A DNA stretch of 64,000 nucleotides from Alphaproteobacteria bacterium (GTDB taxonomy: Bacteria > Pseudomonadota > Alphaproteobacteria > Bin95), in contig CAXXWS020000004.1 of assembly GCA_963665325.3 (NCBI GenBank), positions 32,001-96,000 on the forward strand. Reading direction: 5' to 3'. Of the stretch, positions 28,258-38,254 are shown in pieces. Numbering within the stretch: position 1 is the first letter of the stretch; the number at the start of each line of letters is the position of its first letter. The notes beneath the pieces were generated by a model. The model saw nothing but the letters and a program-made list of their open reading frames with translations. It was not told where the DNA came from and did not search any database. Both the position numbers and the translations under genes were made by a program.

Positions 28258-29457
28258 ATGCGAACGGCCGACCGCCCCCCGCTTCGTCTCGGCGAATTCG
28301 TGCCGCTCATCGCGCTGTTGATGTCTCTCGTCGCGCTCGCCATCGACGCGATGCTGCCCGCTCTGCCCGCGATCGGCCGCGACCTTGAGGCGGCGCGCCC
28401 GAACGATGTCCAGTTCGTGATCACGGCCGCCTTTCTGGGGCTCGGCCTCGGCCAGATGATCTTCGGCCCGCTCTCCGACCGCATAGGGCGCAGACCGGCC
28501 ATCCACGCCGGTCTTGCGCTGTTCGCTGTCGGATGCCTCATGAGCATCTTCGCGCCCGACTTCGAGACGATGATCGCGGGCCGCGTGCTGCAGGGCTTCG
28601 GGGCGGCGGGGCCGCGGGTCGTTGTCATGGCGCTGGTGCGCGACCGGTACAAAGGCGACCGGATGGCGCGCATCCTGTCGTTCACGATGGCTGTTTTCAT
28701 ACTCGTTCCGGCAGTCGCCCCGGCGCTCGGACAGGGCATCCAGTGGCTCGGCGGCTGGCGCGCGATATTCGTCGCCTTCCTTGCGGTAGCCGGAGTGGCA
28801 TTCGCATGGTTCGCACTTCGCCTGCCGGAAACGCTCCCGCCCGCCCGCCGCCGGTCGTTTTCCCCGCGGGCCATCGGCGGAGGCGTTCTCGAAGTGCTGA
28901 GGATCCGGGCGTCTCTCGGCTATACGCTGGCCACCGGTTTCGTGTTCGCGGCGTTCGTCACCTATCTGAGCTGCGCCCAGCAGGTCTTCCAGGAGGCCTA
29001 CACGACCGGAGCGCTCTTCCCGCTCTATTTCGCCGTGCTCGCGCTCGCCATCGGGGCCGCTTCGCTCGCAAACGGCCGTCTCGTGATGAAATACGGCATG
29101 CAGCGGCTCGTCAGGGCGGCGACAATAACGCTTGCGCTCGTCTCGGCGGCCGCGTGGGCGGTGGCGTTCGCCTTCGAGGGGCTTCCTCCGTTCTGGCTTT
29201 TCATCGCCTGCCTGCTTGCCGTTTTTCTCTGCAACGGCCTCCTCTTCGGCAACCTCATCGCTCTTGCAATGGAGCCCCTCGGCCATATCGCCGGCGTCGG
29301 TTCGGCGGTAGTCACTTCGCTCTCCACCTTTATCTCGATACCGTTCGGGGCGGCGGTGGCCCTGAGTTTCGACGGCACGATATACCCACTGACCGCAGCC
29401 TTCGCGGTCTTCGGAGCCGCGGCGTTCGCCGCAATCCGGTGGGCCGGGAGACGCTGA
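28258..29457 (+). CDS. Bcr/CflA-type MFS efflux transporter
   Basis: IDAMLPALP, GPLSDRIGRR. Confidence 0.9.
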   Translation: MRTADRPPLRLGEFVPLIALLMSLVALAIDAMLPALPAIGRDLEAARPNDVQFVITAAFLGLGLGQMIFGPLSDRIGRRPAIHAGLALFAVGCLMSIFAPDFETMIAGRVLQGFGAAGPRVVVMALVRDRYKGDRMARILSFTMAVFILVPAVAPALGQGIQWLGGWRAIFVAFLAVAGVAFAWFALRLPETLPPARRRSFSPRAIGGGVLEVLRIRASLGYTLATGFVFAAFVTYLSCAQQVFQEAYTTGALFPLYFAVLALAIGAASLANGRLVMKYGMQRLVRAATITLALVSAAAWAVAFAFEGLPPFWLFIACLLAVFLCNGLLFGNLIALAMEPLGHIAGVGSAVVTSLSTFISIPFGAAVALSFDGTIYPLTAAFAVFGAAAFAAIRWAGRR

Positions 29458-29477
29458 GCCGGGGCCTTCGGCGGAGG

Positions 29478-30713
29478 CTATTTCCTTTGGGCGGCGGCGG
29501 CCTGCCCCGGCCGGTAGAGCCGGTACCAGACCCAGGCGAGGAACTGGAAGGCGAGCAGGCCGCCGAAGGCGACCCGGTAAGCCTCTTCCGGATAGAGGCC
29601 GTCCCGGGCCGTCCAGAAGTCGAGCACGCTGCCTACGGCATATTGAATGGCGAAGGCGCCGAGGAAGACCAGCAGGTTGAGCGCGGTATGGGCGCGGCCC
29701 GCCAGTACGGAGCCGAAATAGGCCGAGAGGTGGGCATAGGAGAGGATCGTCATCTGGCCGGTCATGGCGAACACCGCCCAGAACGCCGTCGCCGGTGTCC
29801 AGATGCCAAGCACGATGGCGAGGAGGGAGGCGAAGAAGACGACCGCAATGACCTCCACCACGGTCATCAGCGAGATGCCGCGCCGGTTCGCCCAGTCGCC
29901 GAGCAAGCCCGAGAGCAGGATGCCGACAATGAAGGCTATCGCCATGAGGAAGAGCGCCGAGGCGACCCCTTGCGGGTCCAAGCCGCCGACATCGCGCAGC
30001 CAGGGCGCGGCCCAGAGCGTCTGGAGCGCGATATGGGTGCCGCAGGTCCCCGCGATCATGGGCGCAAGGCTCCAGAACAGGCGGTCGCGATAGACATGGG
30101 CGATGCCGCCAAGCTGGACGCCGAAGCCGCCCCGGCTCAGCATGTCCGGCCGCTCGCGCGGCGCCAGCAGGAAAATCGACGATGCCGCGAGGGCAACCGC
30201 GCCGCCGAGCCCGACGAACACGATCCGCCAGCCATAGGCGGCGACGGCCATATGGGCAGGCTCGGTGGCAGCCAGCACGCCGAAGCCGCCGAACACCATC
30301 ACCAGCGCGTTGAACAGCGGCACGCGCTGCGGCGGCGCCCAGAGCACCACGGCCTTGAAGGACGCCATCAGCCCGCCCGCAAAGCCGAGCCCGATCAGCA
30401 GCCGCGCCGCCACCAGCGCTTCCACCGATCCGCCCGCCGCGAACAGGAACGAGCCGACGGCCGAGACCATGAGCAGGCAGGCCTGCACCCGGCGCGGCCC
30501 GAACCGGTCCAGCAGCAGGCCGAGCGGAAGCTGGAACGCACCGAAGCCGAACAGGTAGGCGGCGGTAATCAGCCCGAGCCCCTCGGCCGTCACGCCGACA
30601 TCGCGCTCCAGGTCCCCCACCACCACGGCGTTCACCGCGCGCAGCAGGTAGGACATGAAGTAGCCGAGGCCGAAGGGTGCTACGACGGCAGCCCAAAGGC
30701 GCCAGGGGCTCAC
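29478..30713 (-). CDS. MFS transporter
   Basis: GLLLDRFGPRR; many TM segments. Confidence 0.88.
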   Translation of the reverse strand: MSPWRLWAAVVAPFGLGYFMSYLLRAVNAVVVGDLERDVGVTAEGLGLITAAYLFGFGAFQLPLGLLLDRFGPRRVQACLLMVSAVGSFLFAAGGSVEALVAARLLIGLGFAGGLMASFKAVVLWAPPQRVPLFNALVMVFGGFGVLAATEPAHMAVAAYGWRIVFVGLGGAVALAASSIFLLAPRERPDMLSRGGFGVQLGGIAHVYRDRLFWSLAPMIAGTCGTHIALQTLWAAPWLRDVGGLDPQGVASALFLMAIAFIVGILLSGLLGDWANRRGISLMTVVEVIAVVFFASLLAIVLGIWTPATAFWAVFAMTGQMTILSYAHLSAYFGSVLAGRAHTALNLLVFLGAFAIQYAVGSVLDFWTARDGLYPEEAYRVAFGGLLAFQFLAWVWYRLYRPGQAAAAQRK

Positions 30714-30723
30714 CGACGGTCTC

Positions 30724-31500
30724 TCACATCGCAGCTATGCCGCCGTCCACGAAGAGTTCCGAGCCCGTGGTGAAGCTGCTCTCGTCGGAGGCCAGGTAGA
30801 GGATCGCATAGGCGACCTCCTCCGCCTGCCCGACCCGCCCGATGGGCACCTGGCGGGCCAGCTTGCGCAGCGCCTCCTCGGTGCCGAAATGCTCCTTGTA
30901 GCGGTCGAGGATCGGGGTATCGATGAAGGTCGGATGCACGGAGTTGCAGCGGATCGGCATGCCCTGCCGCGCGCAATGCAGCGCCACCGACTTGCTGAGG
31001 TGGCGCACGCCCGCCTTGGCGGAGTTGTAGGCGGCCATGTTGTGCCCGGCGATGACGCCGGCAATTGATGAGATATTTACGATGGAGCCCGCGCCGTCGG
31101 TCTCCCGGCAATGGGCGGCGATGGCGGGGATGGCGTGCTTGCAGCCGAGGAACACGCCGTCGAGGTCGATGGCGTGCACGAGGCGCCATTCCTCCAGTTC
31201 GATCTCGGTCACGGGCTTGGTGAGGCCGATGCCGGCGCTCTGCACCAGGATGTTGAGCCCGCCGAAACGTTCGACCGTCTCCGCAACTGCTGCCTGCCAC
31301 GCCGCTTCGTCGGTCACATCGTGGCGAATGAAGGCCGCGTCGGCCCCGAGCTCCGCCGCGAGGGCACTGCCCCTCGCCTCATCGATATCGGTTATCGCAA
31401 CGCACGCGCCCTCGCGCACGAACATGGCCGCCGTCGCCGCGCCCAGCCCCGAGGCGCCGCCGGTAATCAGCGCCACCTTGCCTTCGATCCGTCCGGTCAT
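30724..31500 (-). CDS. SDR family oxidoreductase
   Basis: TGGASGLG, YNSAK, NSVHP. Confidence 0.92.
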   Translation of the reverse strand: MTGRIEGKVALITGGASGLGAATAAMFVREGACVAITDIDEARGSALAAELGADAAFIRHDVTDEAAWQAAVAETVERFGGLNILVQSAGIGLTKPVTEIELEEWRLVHAIDLDGVFLGCKHAIPAIAAHCRETDGAGSIVNISSIAGVIAGHNMAAYNSAKAGVRHLSKSVALHCARQGMPIRCNSVHPTFIDTPILDRYKEHFGTEEALRKLARQVPIGRVGQAEEVAYAILYLASDESSFTTGSELFVDGGIAAM

Positions 31501-31549
31501 GTCAAACTTTCTCTCTCTCCTGTCCGCGCATGGCGGCTACCCGCCCTAG

Positions 31550-32593
31550 TCAACCGATGTCTTCATCTTCCGGAACGAGCGTCCAGATACGCTGCAATGG
31601 CAATTCGGCGCGTATCTCTTCCGGCAAGTCGTCGTAAACAGCCAACAGATTGTCGACAAGTTCCTGCCTGCCCCACAAGCGCACTCGAAAGAAGAGTTCA
31701 TTGCGGCGGCTTTCGACATCTTTCGTGAAGCCGCCCCAACTGACGATTAAGCCGTAGTCTGCCTGTGTATCCTGCACACTGCCAATCAACGCCTGTAGAA
31801 CGGGTTGATCGACGACTTGTTTGCCGGATTTCACCTGAACCGTGACCCGTGGGCTTTCCAATCCCAACCGACCGCTGCCGGCAACAATGTCCACACCCCT
31901 GTCCTTACCGGGCGGCGAGACTCTCGTTCGATAACCCTGTACCTCCAGCACAGCCGCGACCAGACCGGTAAAATCGTGCGCTGAAAACCTAGCTGCGATT
32001 CGCTGTTCAATCTGGTCCCGGGCTAGGTCATGAAGATTGACCGGAGCTTCAAGCCCATTCTCCGGAGAAATTTCAGCGGCAGACTGCTGGCCGGGCTCCG
32101 CCGGCACAGAGCCATCGCCCGGATCGAACCCCGTTTCGACCAGTCGCGTCACCCGCCGCACGGCGTCGTTCCGCGAAATCTCACAAACGGTCATTATTGC
32201 GCCGAGGCTGTAACGCAAGTCCTGCCTGAAGGCATCGCGGCTGAAGTTTTTTCCTAGCCAGCCAACCGGCCTCAAGATGCCGCCATCCGACCCCGGCCGA
32301 TATGGCCCAGTAAACCGTCCGATTGCGATAGCCGAACTCGTTTTCAGCGGACAAACAATCAGATCGCCGGTCGCAGCGACATTCACGAATTGATTGATTT
32401 GGCTGGCAAAATTGCGCCGCTTCGCTGGCTTGGCTTCCGGGTGAAGCTCCTCCAGCAGAGACAAGAGCTTCTCCCGGTCCAAGCCCTCAATATCCTGCCC
32501 AACACCGAATCCGATGCGCAGCAAACCATCTTCCAGTGCCTGCTGTTCGTTTTCGCCGTTCCTTCCCAAACGAACCAGCCAGAGTCGTGTCAT
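31550..32593 (-). CDS. Mrr-like restriction endonuclease
   Basis: WLVRLG N-terminus; GKDRGVDIVA...VQVKS nuclease motif; visibly lower GC. Confidence 0.85.
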   Translation of the reverse strand: MTRLWLVRLGRNGENEQQALEDGLLRIGFGVGQDIEGLDREKLLSLLEELHPEAKPAKRRNFASQINQFVNVAATGDLIVCPLKTSSAIAIGRFTGPYRPGSDGGILRPVGWLGKNFSRDAFRQDLRYSLGAIMTVCEISRNDAVRRVTRLVETGFDPGDGSVPAEPGQQSAAEISPENGLEAPVNLHDLARDQIEQRIAARFSAHDFTGLVAAVLEVQGYRTRVSPPGKDRGVDIVAGSGRLGLESPRVTVQVKSGKQVVDQPVLQALIGSVQDTQADYGLIVSWGGFTKDVESRRNELFFRVRLWGRQELVDNLLAVYDDLPEEIRAELPLQRIWTLVPEDEDIG

Positions 32594-32603
32594 GCCTGAC
32601 TCC

Positions 32604-33362
32604 CTATTTCGCGCAGAAGCCGCCGTCCACGACGAGTTCGGTGCCGTTGACGAAGCTGGAGTCCTCGGAAGCGAGGAACAGCACGCACTGCGCGACCTCC
32701 TCCGGCTGGCCGATGCGGCCGAGCGGGATCGCCTCGGCGCGGGCGTCGATGGCGCGCTGGCCGAAGCGTTCGCGGTCAGGGTCGAGGATCGGCGTGTCGA
32801 TGGGCCCCGGATGCACCGAGTTCGCCCGAATGTTGTAGCCGCGCCGGCCGCAATGGAGCGCGATGGTCTTCGTGACCATGTGGACACCCGCCTTGGCAGA
32901 GCAATAGGCCGCATAGACCGCCACGCCCCGGAGCGCGGCGACCGAGGAGATGTTGACGATAGACCCGCCGCCGCTCGCCGCCATGGCGGGTACCGCCGCA
33001 TGGCAGCCGAGATAGACGCTGTCGAGGCAGACCTCGTGGACCCGGCGCCAGCCCTCCAGCGTCTCCTGCTCGATGGTCGCCTTGGGCGCGATGCCGGCAT
33101 TGTTGACCAGGATGGAGAAGCCGCCATCGGCCCCGGCGGCAGCCGCAACCGCGCGGTCCCAAGCGCCGGCGTCGGTAACATCGTGCGCCAGCACGGTCAT
33201 CGACCCCCCGGCGGCGCCCGCCGTCTCTCCGGCGGCGCCCGCGTCTATATCCGTCGCGACGACATGCGCGCCCTCGCGCGCCAGCAGCAGCGCCGTGGCG
33301 CGCCCGATGCCGGAGCCCGCCCCCGTCACCAGCGCGGTCCTGCCTTCGAGCCGTCCGCCCAT
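32604..33362 (-). CDS. SDR family oxidoreductase
   Basis: [17 protein letters not shown]. Confidence 0.92.
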   Translation of the reverse strand: MGGRLEGRTALVTGAGSGIGRATALLLAREGAHVVATDIDAGAAGETAGAAGGSMTVLAHDVTDAGAWDRAVAAAAGADGGFSILVNNAGIAPKATIEQETLEGWRRVHEVCLDSVYLGCHAAVPAMAASGGGSIVNISSVAALRGVAVYAAYCSAKAGVHMVTKTIALHCGRRGYNIRANSVHPGPIDTPILDPDRERFGQRAIDARAEAIPLGRIGQPEEVAQCVLFLASEDSSFVNGTELVVDGGFCAK

Positions 33363-33634
33363 CCCCTGTCTCCCTCTCGCTGAGTCCGCCGCCACTCTAC
33401 CCTTTCGAATCCCCGCCGCGCATCCCCGCGTCGCCGCCGACAGGAACGGTGCGCCCGGATCGCCGGCAAGAATGCCATTCCGCGCCACCAACGCCGCCAC
33501 TTGGTCCCCAATCATCCGGACCGGCGCGAAGATGGCCGTCATTCGAAGGTGAATTGCACGCCTGGCGGTTTCCAGTCACACTCGGCGGGTCGGGAGGGTT
33601 CCATATGGAGACTCCCGGTTTGGAGGGCGAGAGG

Positions 33635-34039
33635 ATGAACGACGACGAACGCCGCAATCTGGCAGTGATTACCGAGGTTTGCGATGCCTTCAACCGGCAC
33701 GATGTGGAGGGCATCCTCCGGCGCTTCGCCGACGATGCGGACTGGCTGCTCTCGCGGGGCATACCGCCGGAGGGCGGTCGCGTGCGGGGCATCGAGGCGA
33801 TCCGCGTCATGCTGCAGCGGCGCTTCCGCACCATTCCCGACATGCACTGGGAGATCGCCAGCCACTGGGTCGCCGGCAACCGGGGCTGCTCGGAGTGGAC
33901 CGTCACCGGCACCGAGAGCAACGGCAACCGGATCGAGTGGCTCGGCATCGACGTGTGGGAGCTGAACGACGACGGGCAGGTCACCACCAAGGACACCTAC
34001 TGGAAATTCGCGGGCGAGGAAGCGCCGGACTCGGATTAG
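33635..34039 (+). CDS. NTF2/SnoaL-like protein
   Basis: AFNRHDVEGI, SEWTVTGT, KDTYWK. Confidence 0.8.
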   Translation: MNDDERRNLAVITEVCDAFNRHDVEGILRRFADDADWLLSRGIPPEGGRVRGIEAIRVMLQRRFRTIPDMHWEIASHWVAGNRGCSEWTVTGTESNGNRIEWLGIDVWELNDDGQVTTKDTYWKFAGEEAPDSD

Positions 34040-34884
34040 GGTCAGGACTCAATTGGCCCACCAGGCGAGAGTTGCGGCGATGAAGACGGCTGACAAGAAT
34101 GTATCGGCGCGTTTGTCGTAGCGGGTTGCGATACGGCGAAAGTCTTTGAGGCAACAGAACATACGATCGATGCGGTTACGGAGCTTGTAGGCTGTGGCGT
34201 CGAAGGAGTGCGGGTTCTTCCGCGTGGACTGGGGCGGTATCACCGGTTCGCAGCCGCGGTCGGTGAGCCAGTTACGGAACTTGCGGGCATCGTAGGCCCT
34301 GTCGGCGATCAATCGCTTTGGTGCGGGGACCTGCTTCAGGAGAGCCCCGACCCCGGCAAGATCGTGGGCCTGGCCGGGCGTAAGGGCGAATGCCACGGGC
34401 CGGCCGGCCTCATCGGTCAGGGCGCGAATCTTGGTCGTCCGTCCGCCGCGAGATCGTCCGATCGCGTGTTCATATTCCCCCCTTTTGCGCCGGCGGCCGA
34501 ACGGTGAGCCTTTACGTGGGTGGAATCGACAGCGGTCGTGCTGATCACGCCACTTGAGCCCGACAGGGCGTAGAACACATCCTCCCACACACCCTGTTTG
34601 CTCCACCGGTTGAACCGATTGTAGATCGTCGTATAGGGGCCATACTCCGCCGGACAATCCCGCCAGCGCGCTCCGGTCTTCAACATGTGGACAATCCCAG
34701 AGATCACCCGGCGGTCATCAACCCGGTGTGCGCCGCGACGACCATGAGGAAGCCAAGGTTCGATCCGTGTCCATTCCTCCTCGCTCAACCAAAACAGCGT
34801 CCGCGCCATTCAAACCTCCATATCGTTTGGAAACTTGAATCACATTCCAGACTCTGTCGGAATCCCCTAATCGAGTACAGACCC
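34039..34884 (-). mobile_element. IS5-family (IS427-like) element, 846 bp, two-ORF transposase (34049-34809) with -1 frameshift
   Basis: TIRs GGGTCAGGACTCAATT / GGGTCTGTACTCGATT; TA duplication 34037-38 and 34885-86; AAAAGGGGGG slip site; GRSRGG.TTK, ADRAYD, RIATRYDK. Confidence 0.93.
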
Positions 34885-35026
34885 TAGGCACCGGCCCCGC
34901 CGGCTCTCTGCAACAGCCGGCCAGAATCCGCGTTTAGAGGGGTGGCTTTCGAGGCCGCCTTTTTTGCATGGGGGAGTGGGACCCTGTGCGGGCCGGACAA
35001 CCTGCTGCCGCCCGTCGCGTCGCCCT

Positions 35027-35054
35027 CTTGAATCCACGCCGCGCCTCCCCATCT
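35027..35054 (+). promoter_or_regulatory. RpoH (sigma32) promoter
   Basis: CTTGAA-N14-CCCCATCT upstream of hsp20. Confidence 0.8.
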
Positions 35055-35059
35055 GGAGG

Positions 35060-35165
35060 TTGTCCGAGGCTCGCCGGGTAACGGGGGCGGAGGACGGCGG
35101 GTCCGGCCGGTGAGCGGCGGGCCCTCGAAACATCGACAATCGCTTCTCAAGGAGGATGACCGATG
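35060..35165 (+). ncRNA. ROSE-like RNA thermometer 5'UTR
   Basis: UCGCU-loop-AGGAGG immediately before a small-HSP start codon. Confidence 0.5.
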
Positions 35166-35612
35166 ACGGCATTCGATTTCTCCCCTCTCCTGCGGTCCAC
35201 CATCGGCTTCGAACGGCTGATGAAGAACTTCGACCGCGTCATGAACGCCGACGCGACGGCGGAGCACTATCCGCCCTGCAACATCGTCAAGACCGGCGAG
35301 CACACCTACCGCATCGAGATGGCGGTGGCCGGCTTCGGCGAGGAGGACCTCGCGATCGAGGCGAAGGGCGACGAGCTCGTGATCGCCGGCAAGGTCCGCA
35401 ACCAGGGCGACGACCGTGTCTTCCTGCATCGCGGCATCGCGACCCGGCAGTTCCGGCGCACCTTCCGCCTCGCCGAGCATGTGAAGGCGGCCGGCGCGAA
35501 GCTCGAGAACGGCATGCTCGCCGTCGAGCTGGTGAGCGAGGTGCCCGAGGCGCTGAAGCCCCGCCGGATCGAGATCGGCTCCGGCGCCCCGCAGACGCTC
35601 GAAGCGGCCTGA
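35163..35612 (+). CDS. ibpA: Small heat shock protein (IbpA-like)
   Basis: FDFSPLLRSTIGF, YPP.NI, FLHRGIA.R.F. Confidence 0.92.
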   Translation: MTAFDFSPLLRSTIGFERLMKNFDRVMNADATAEHYPPCNIVKTGEHTYRIEMAVAGFGEEDLAIEAKGDELVIAGKVRNQGDDRVFLHRGIATRQFRRTFRLAEHVKAAGAKLENGMLAVELVSEVPEALKPRRIEIGSGAPQTLEAA

Positions 35613-35648
35613 GCGCTCGCACACCTCTCTCAACTTTCACGCAACCGG

Positions 35649-35682
35649 ACGCCGGGCTCTCCAAGGGCCCGGCGTTTCGTTT
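35649..35682 (+). terminator. Rho-independent terminator
   Basis: ACGCCGGGC-loop-GCCCGGCGT followed by TTCGTTT. Confidence 0.65.
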
Positions 35683-35747
35683 GAGGCTCCGGCATGCGTG
35701 GTGCAAACCGCTACCGCTCTGCCCGACGCTCGGCTAGATTGGTGCGC

Positions 35748-36581
35748 ATGACACTCGCTATTCAACCGCTTTCCGACGTTCTGGCCGCCGAGGTCCGGGG
35801 CGTCGATCTGCGTGAGCCGCTCGACGATGGCGACCGGGCCACGCTGCACGAGGCGTTCCTCGAACGCCATATCCTGTGCTTCCGCGACCAGAAGCTCGAC
35901 AAGCCGGCGCAATTGGCGGCAACACTGCAGTTCGGCCCGCTCGACGTGCATATCCAGCGCAACAAGGGCGATGACATCTCGCTCGTCCACACGGTCTCGA
36001 ACCTCGACGCCGACGGAAACCCGAAACCCGAGGCGGCGGCGAAGGGAAGCCTGCGCTGGCACTCCGACAAGTCCTACCGGACGGTGCCGTCCTGTTCGAC
36101 ATTCCTCTATGGCGTACAGGTGCCGGCCCGGGGCGGGCGCACCGAGTTCGCCAACATGCACCGCGCCTTCAAGGCCTATTCGCCCGAGCGGCAGGAAGCC
36201 TTCCGGGGTATGAAGGTGGTGCATGACTGGGTGCGCTCCTGTCAGAAGTCCGGCGAGCGCGAGGCAAGTGCGGAAGAAGCGGCGGTCTATCCTCCAGTCG
36301 CCCACCCGCTGGTGCGCCGCCACCCCGAGAGCGGTTATGAGGCATTCTTCATCGGCAACCATGCCTCGCACATCTTCGGCATGGACCGCGACGAGGGCGA
36401 GGCGCTGCTGGAGGAGATCGAGGCCCACAGTACCGCCGAGCGCTTCGTCTATCGCCACCGGTGGCAGCCGGGCGACCTGCTGATGTGGGACAATCGCTGC
36501 CTGTTGCACCGCGCGGAGGAGCGGGCCGGCGAGGCCCGCGTGCTTCACCGCACCGTCACGCGCGGCACATCGCCCTTCTGA
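35748..36581 (+). CDS. TauD/TfdA family dioxygenase
   Basis: WHSD, GGRTEF, WDNRCLLH. Confidence 0.9.
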   Translation: MTLAIQPLSDVLAAEVRGVDLREPLDDGDRATLHEAFLERHILCFRDQKLDKPAQLAATLQFGPLDVHIQRNKGDDISLVHTVSNLDADGNPKPEAAAKGSLRWHSDKSYRTVPSCSTFLYGVQVPARGGRTEFANMHRAFKAYSPERQEAFRGMKVVHDWVRSCQKSGEREASAEEAAVYPPVAHPLVRRHPESGYEAFFIGNHASHIFGMDRDEGEALLEEIEAHSTAERFVYRHRWQPGDLLMWDNRCLLHRAEERAGEARVLHRTVTRGTSPF

Positions 36582-36598
36582 GCGGGAGCGCCGGCCCC

Positions 36599-38254
36599 AT
36601 GGACGCGCCCACGGGCAGCGACTTCGTCCGCAGCCGCATCCGCGCCGACCTAGCGGAGGGTAAGGTTGCGTCCGTCGTCACCCGCTTTCCGCCGGAGCCC
36701 AACGGCTTCCTGCATATCGGCCACGCCAAGTCGATCTGCCTCAATTTCGGCGTGGCGGAGGAATTCGGCGGGCGCTGCAACCTGCGCTTCGACGACACCA
36801 ACCCGGCGAAGGAAGAGCAGGCTTTTATCGACGCCATCCAGGAGGATGTGCGCTGGCTCGGCTTCGAGTGGGCGGGCGACCCGGTCCATGCCTCGGACTA
36901 TTTCGACACGCTCTACGAATGGGCCGAGCACCTGGTCGAAACGGGTCACGCCTATGTCGATGAGCAGTCGGCGGAGGAAATCCGGAAGAGCCGCGGCACC
37001 CTCACGGAGCCCGGCCGGCCGAGCCCCTGGCGGGACCGCCCGGCGGCGGAAAGCCTGGACCTGCTGCGCCGTATGCGGGCCGGCGAATTCGCGCCGGGCA
37101 CCTGCGTGCTCAGAGCTCGCATCGACATGGGCTCCGGCAATATCAACATGCGCGACCCGGTGCTCTACCGCATCCTCGACCACGCCCACCCGCGAACGGG
37201 CGACGCCTGGCGCATCTACCCGACCTACGACTATGCGCACGGCCAGTCGGACGCCATCGAGGGCGTGACGCACTCGCTCTGCACGCTGGAGTTCGCCGAC
37301 CACCGTCCGCTTTACGACTGGCTGCTGGAGCGCGTGCCGGCCGCCTGCCGCCCCCGCCAGTATGAGTTCGCCCGGCTCGACATGACCGGGACGATCCTTT
37401 CCAAGCGAGCGCTCACCCGCCTCGTGCAGGAAGGCCATGTGGCCGGTTGGGACGACCCGCGCATGCCGACCTTGCGCGGGCTCCGCCGACGAGGCGTGCC
37501 CGCAGAGGCGCTCCGCGACTTCGTCTCCCGGCTCGCGATCTCGAAGAGCGCCGGCCGCGTGGAGGCGGCGCTGCTGGACCATTGCGTGCGCGAACAACTG
37601 AACCGCACCGCCGAGCGGCGCATGGCCGTACTGCGGCCGCTTAAGGTCGTGATCGAGAACTACCCCGAGGGCGAAACGGAGTGGCTGGACGCCGCCAACA
37701 ACCCGGGCGACCCGGAAGCAGGCACCCGCAAGCTGCCCTTCTCGCGCGAGCTTTGGATCGAGCGCGACGATTTCATGGAGGACCCGCCGAGGAAGTTCTT
37801 CCGCCTGGCCCCCGGCCGGGAGGTGCGGTTGCGCTACGCCTATTTCCTGACTTGCCTGGAAGCGGTGAAGGACGATCGCGGCGAGGTCGTCGAGCTGCGC
37901 TGCCGCTACGACCCCGAGACGCGCGGCGGCAGCGCGCCGGACGGCCGCAAGGTCAAGGCCACGATTCACTGGGTCTCCGCCGCCCATGCCGAGCGCGCGC
38001 CGGTCCGGCTCTACAGCCCGCTCTTCGCCTGCGACGAGCCCGCCGGCCTCGAAGACGTCGCCCCGGACTCGCTGGAGGTCCTTGAGGACTGCCGCCTCGA
38101 ACCCGGCCTGGCGGGGGTGGAACCCGGCAGGCCGGTGCAGTTCGAGCGCCTCGGCTACTTCGCAGCCGACCCCGAGGGCGGCTTCAACCGAACGATCGGT
38201 CTCCGCGACGACTGGGCCCGAATCAGGGCCCGGGAGACTAAGACAGCTCCTTGA
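36599..38254 (+). CDS. glnS: Glutamine--tRNA ligase
   Basis: TRFPPEPNGFLHIGHAK, RFDDTNP, LSKR, WDDPRMPT, QFERLGYF. Confidence 0.93.
   Translation: MDAPTGSDFVRSRIRADLAEGKVASVVTRFPPEPNGFLHIGHAKSICLNFGVAEEFGGRCNLRFDDTNPAKEEQAFIDAIQEDVRWLGFEWAGDPVHASDYFDTLYEWAEHLVETGHAYVDEQSAEEIRKSRGTLTEPGRPSPWRDRPAAESLDLLRRMRAGEFAPGTCVLRARIDMGSGNINMRDPVLYRILDHAHPRTGDAWRIYPTYDYAHGQSDAIEGVTHSLCTLEFADHRPLYDWLLERVPAACRPRQYEFARLDMTGTILSKRALTRLVQEGHVAGWDDPRMPTLRGLRRRGVPAEALRDFVSRLAISKSAGRVEAALLDHCVREQLNRTAERRMAVLRPLKVVIENYPEGETEWLDAANNPGDPEAGTRKLPFSRELWIERDDFMEDPPRKFFRLAPGREVRLRYAYFLTCLEAVKDDRGEVVELRCRYDPETRGGSAPDGRKVKATIHWVSAAHAERAPVRLYSPLFACDEPAGLEDVAPDSLEVLEDCRLEPGLAGVEPGRPVQFERLGYFAADPEGGFNRTIGLRDDWARIRARETKTAP

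Noticed and set aside
31550-33181. 543-aa SDR-nuclease fusion
   Set aside because: The upstream part is an alternate frame of the SDR; the nuclease has its own RBS and ATG at 32593.
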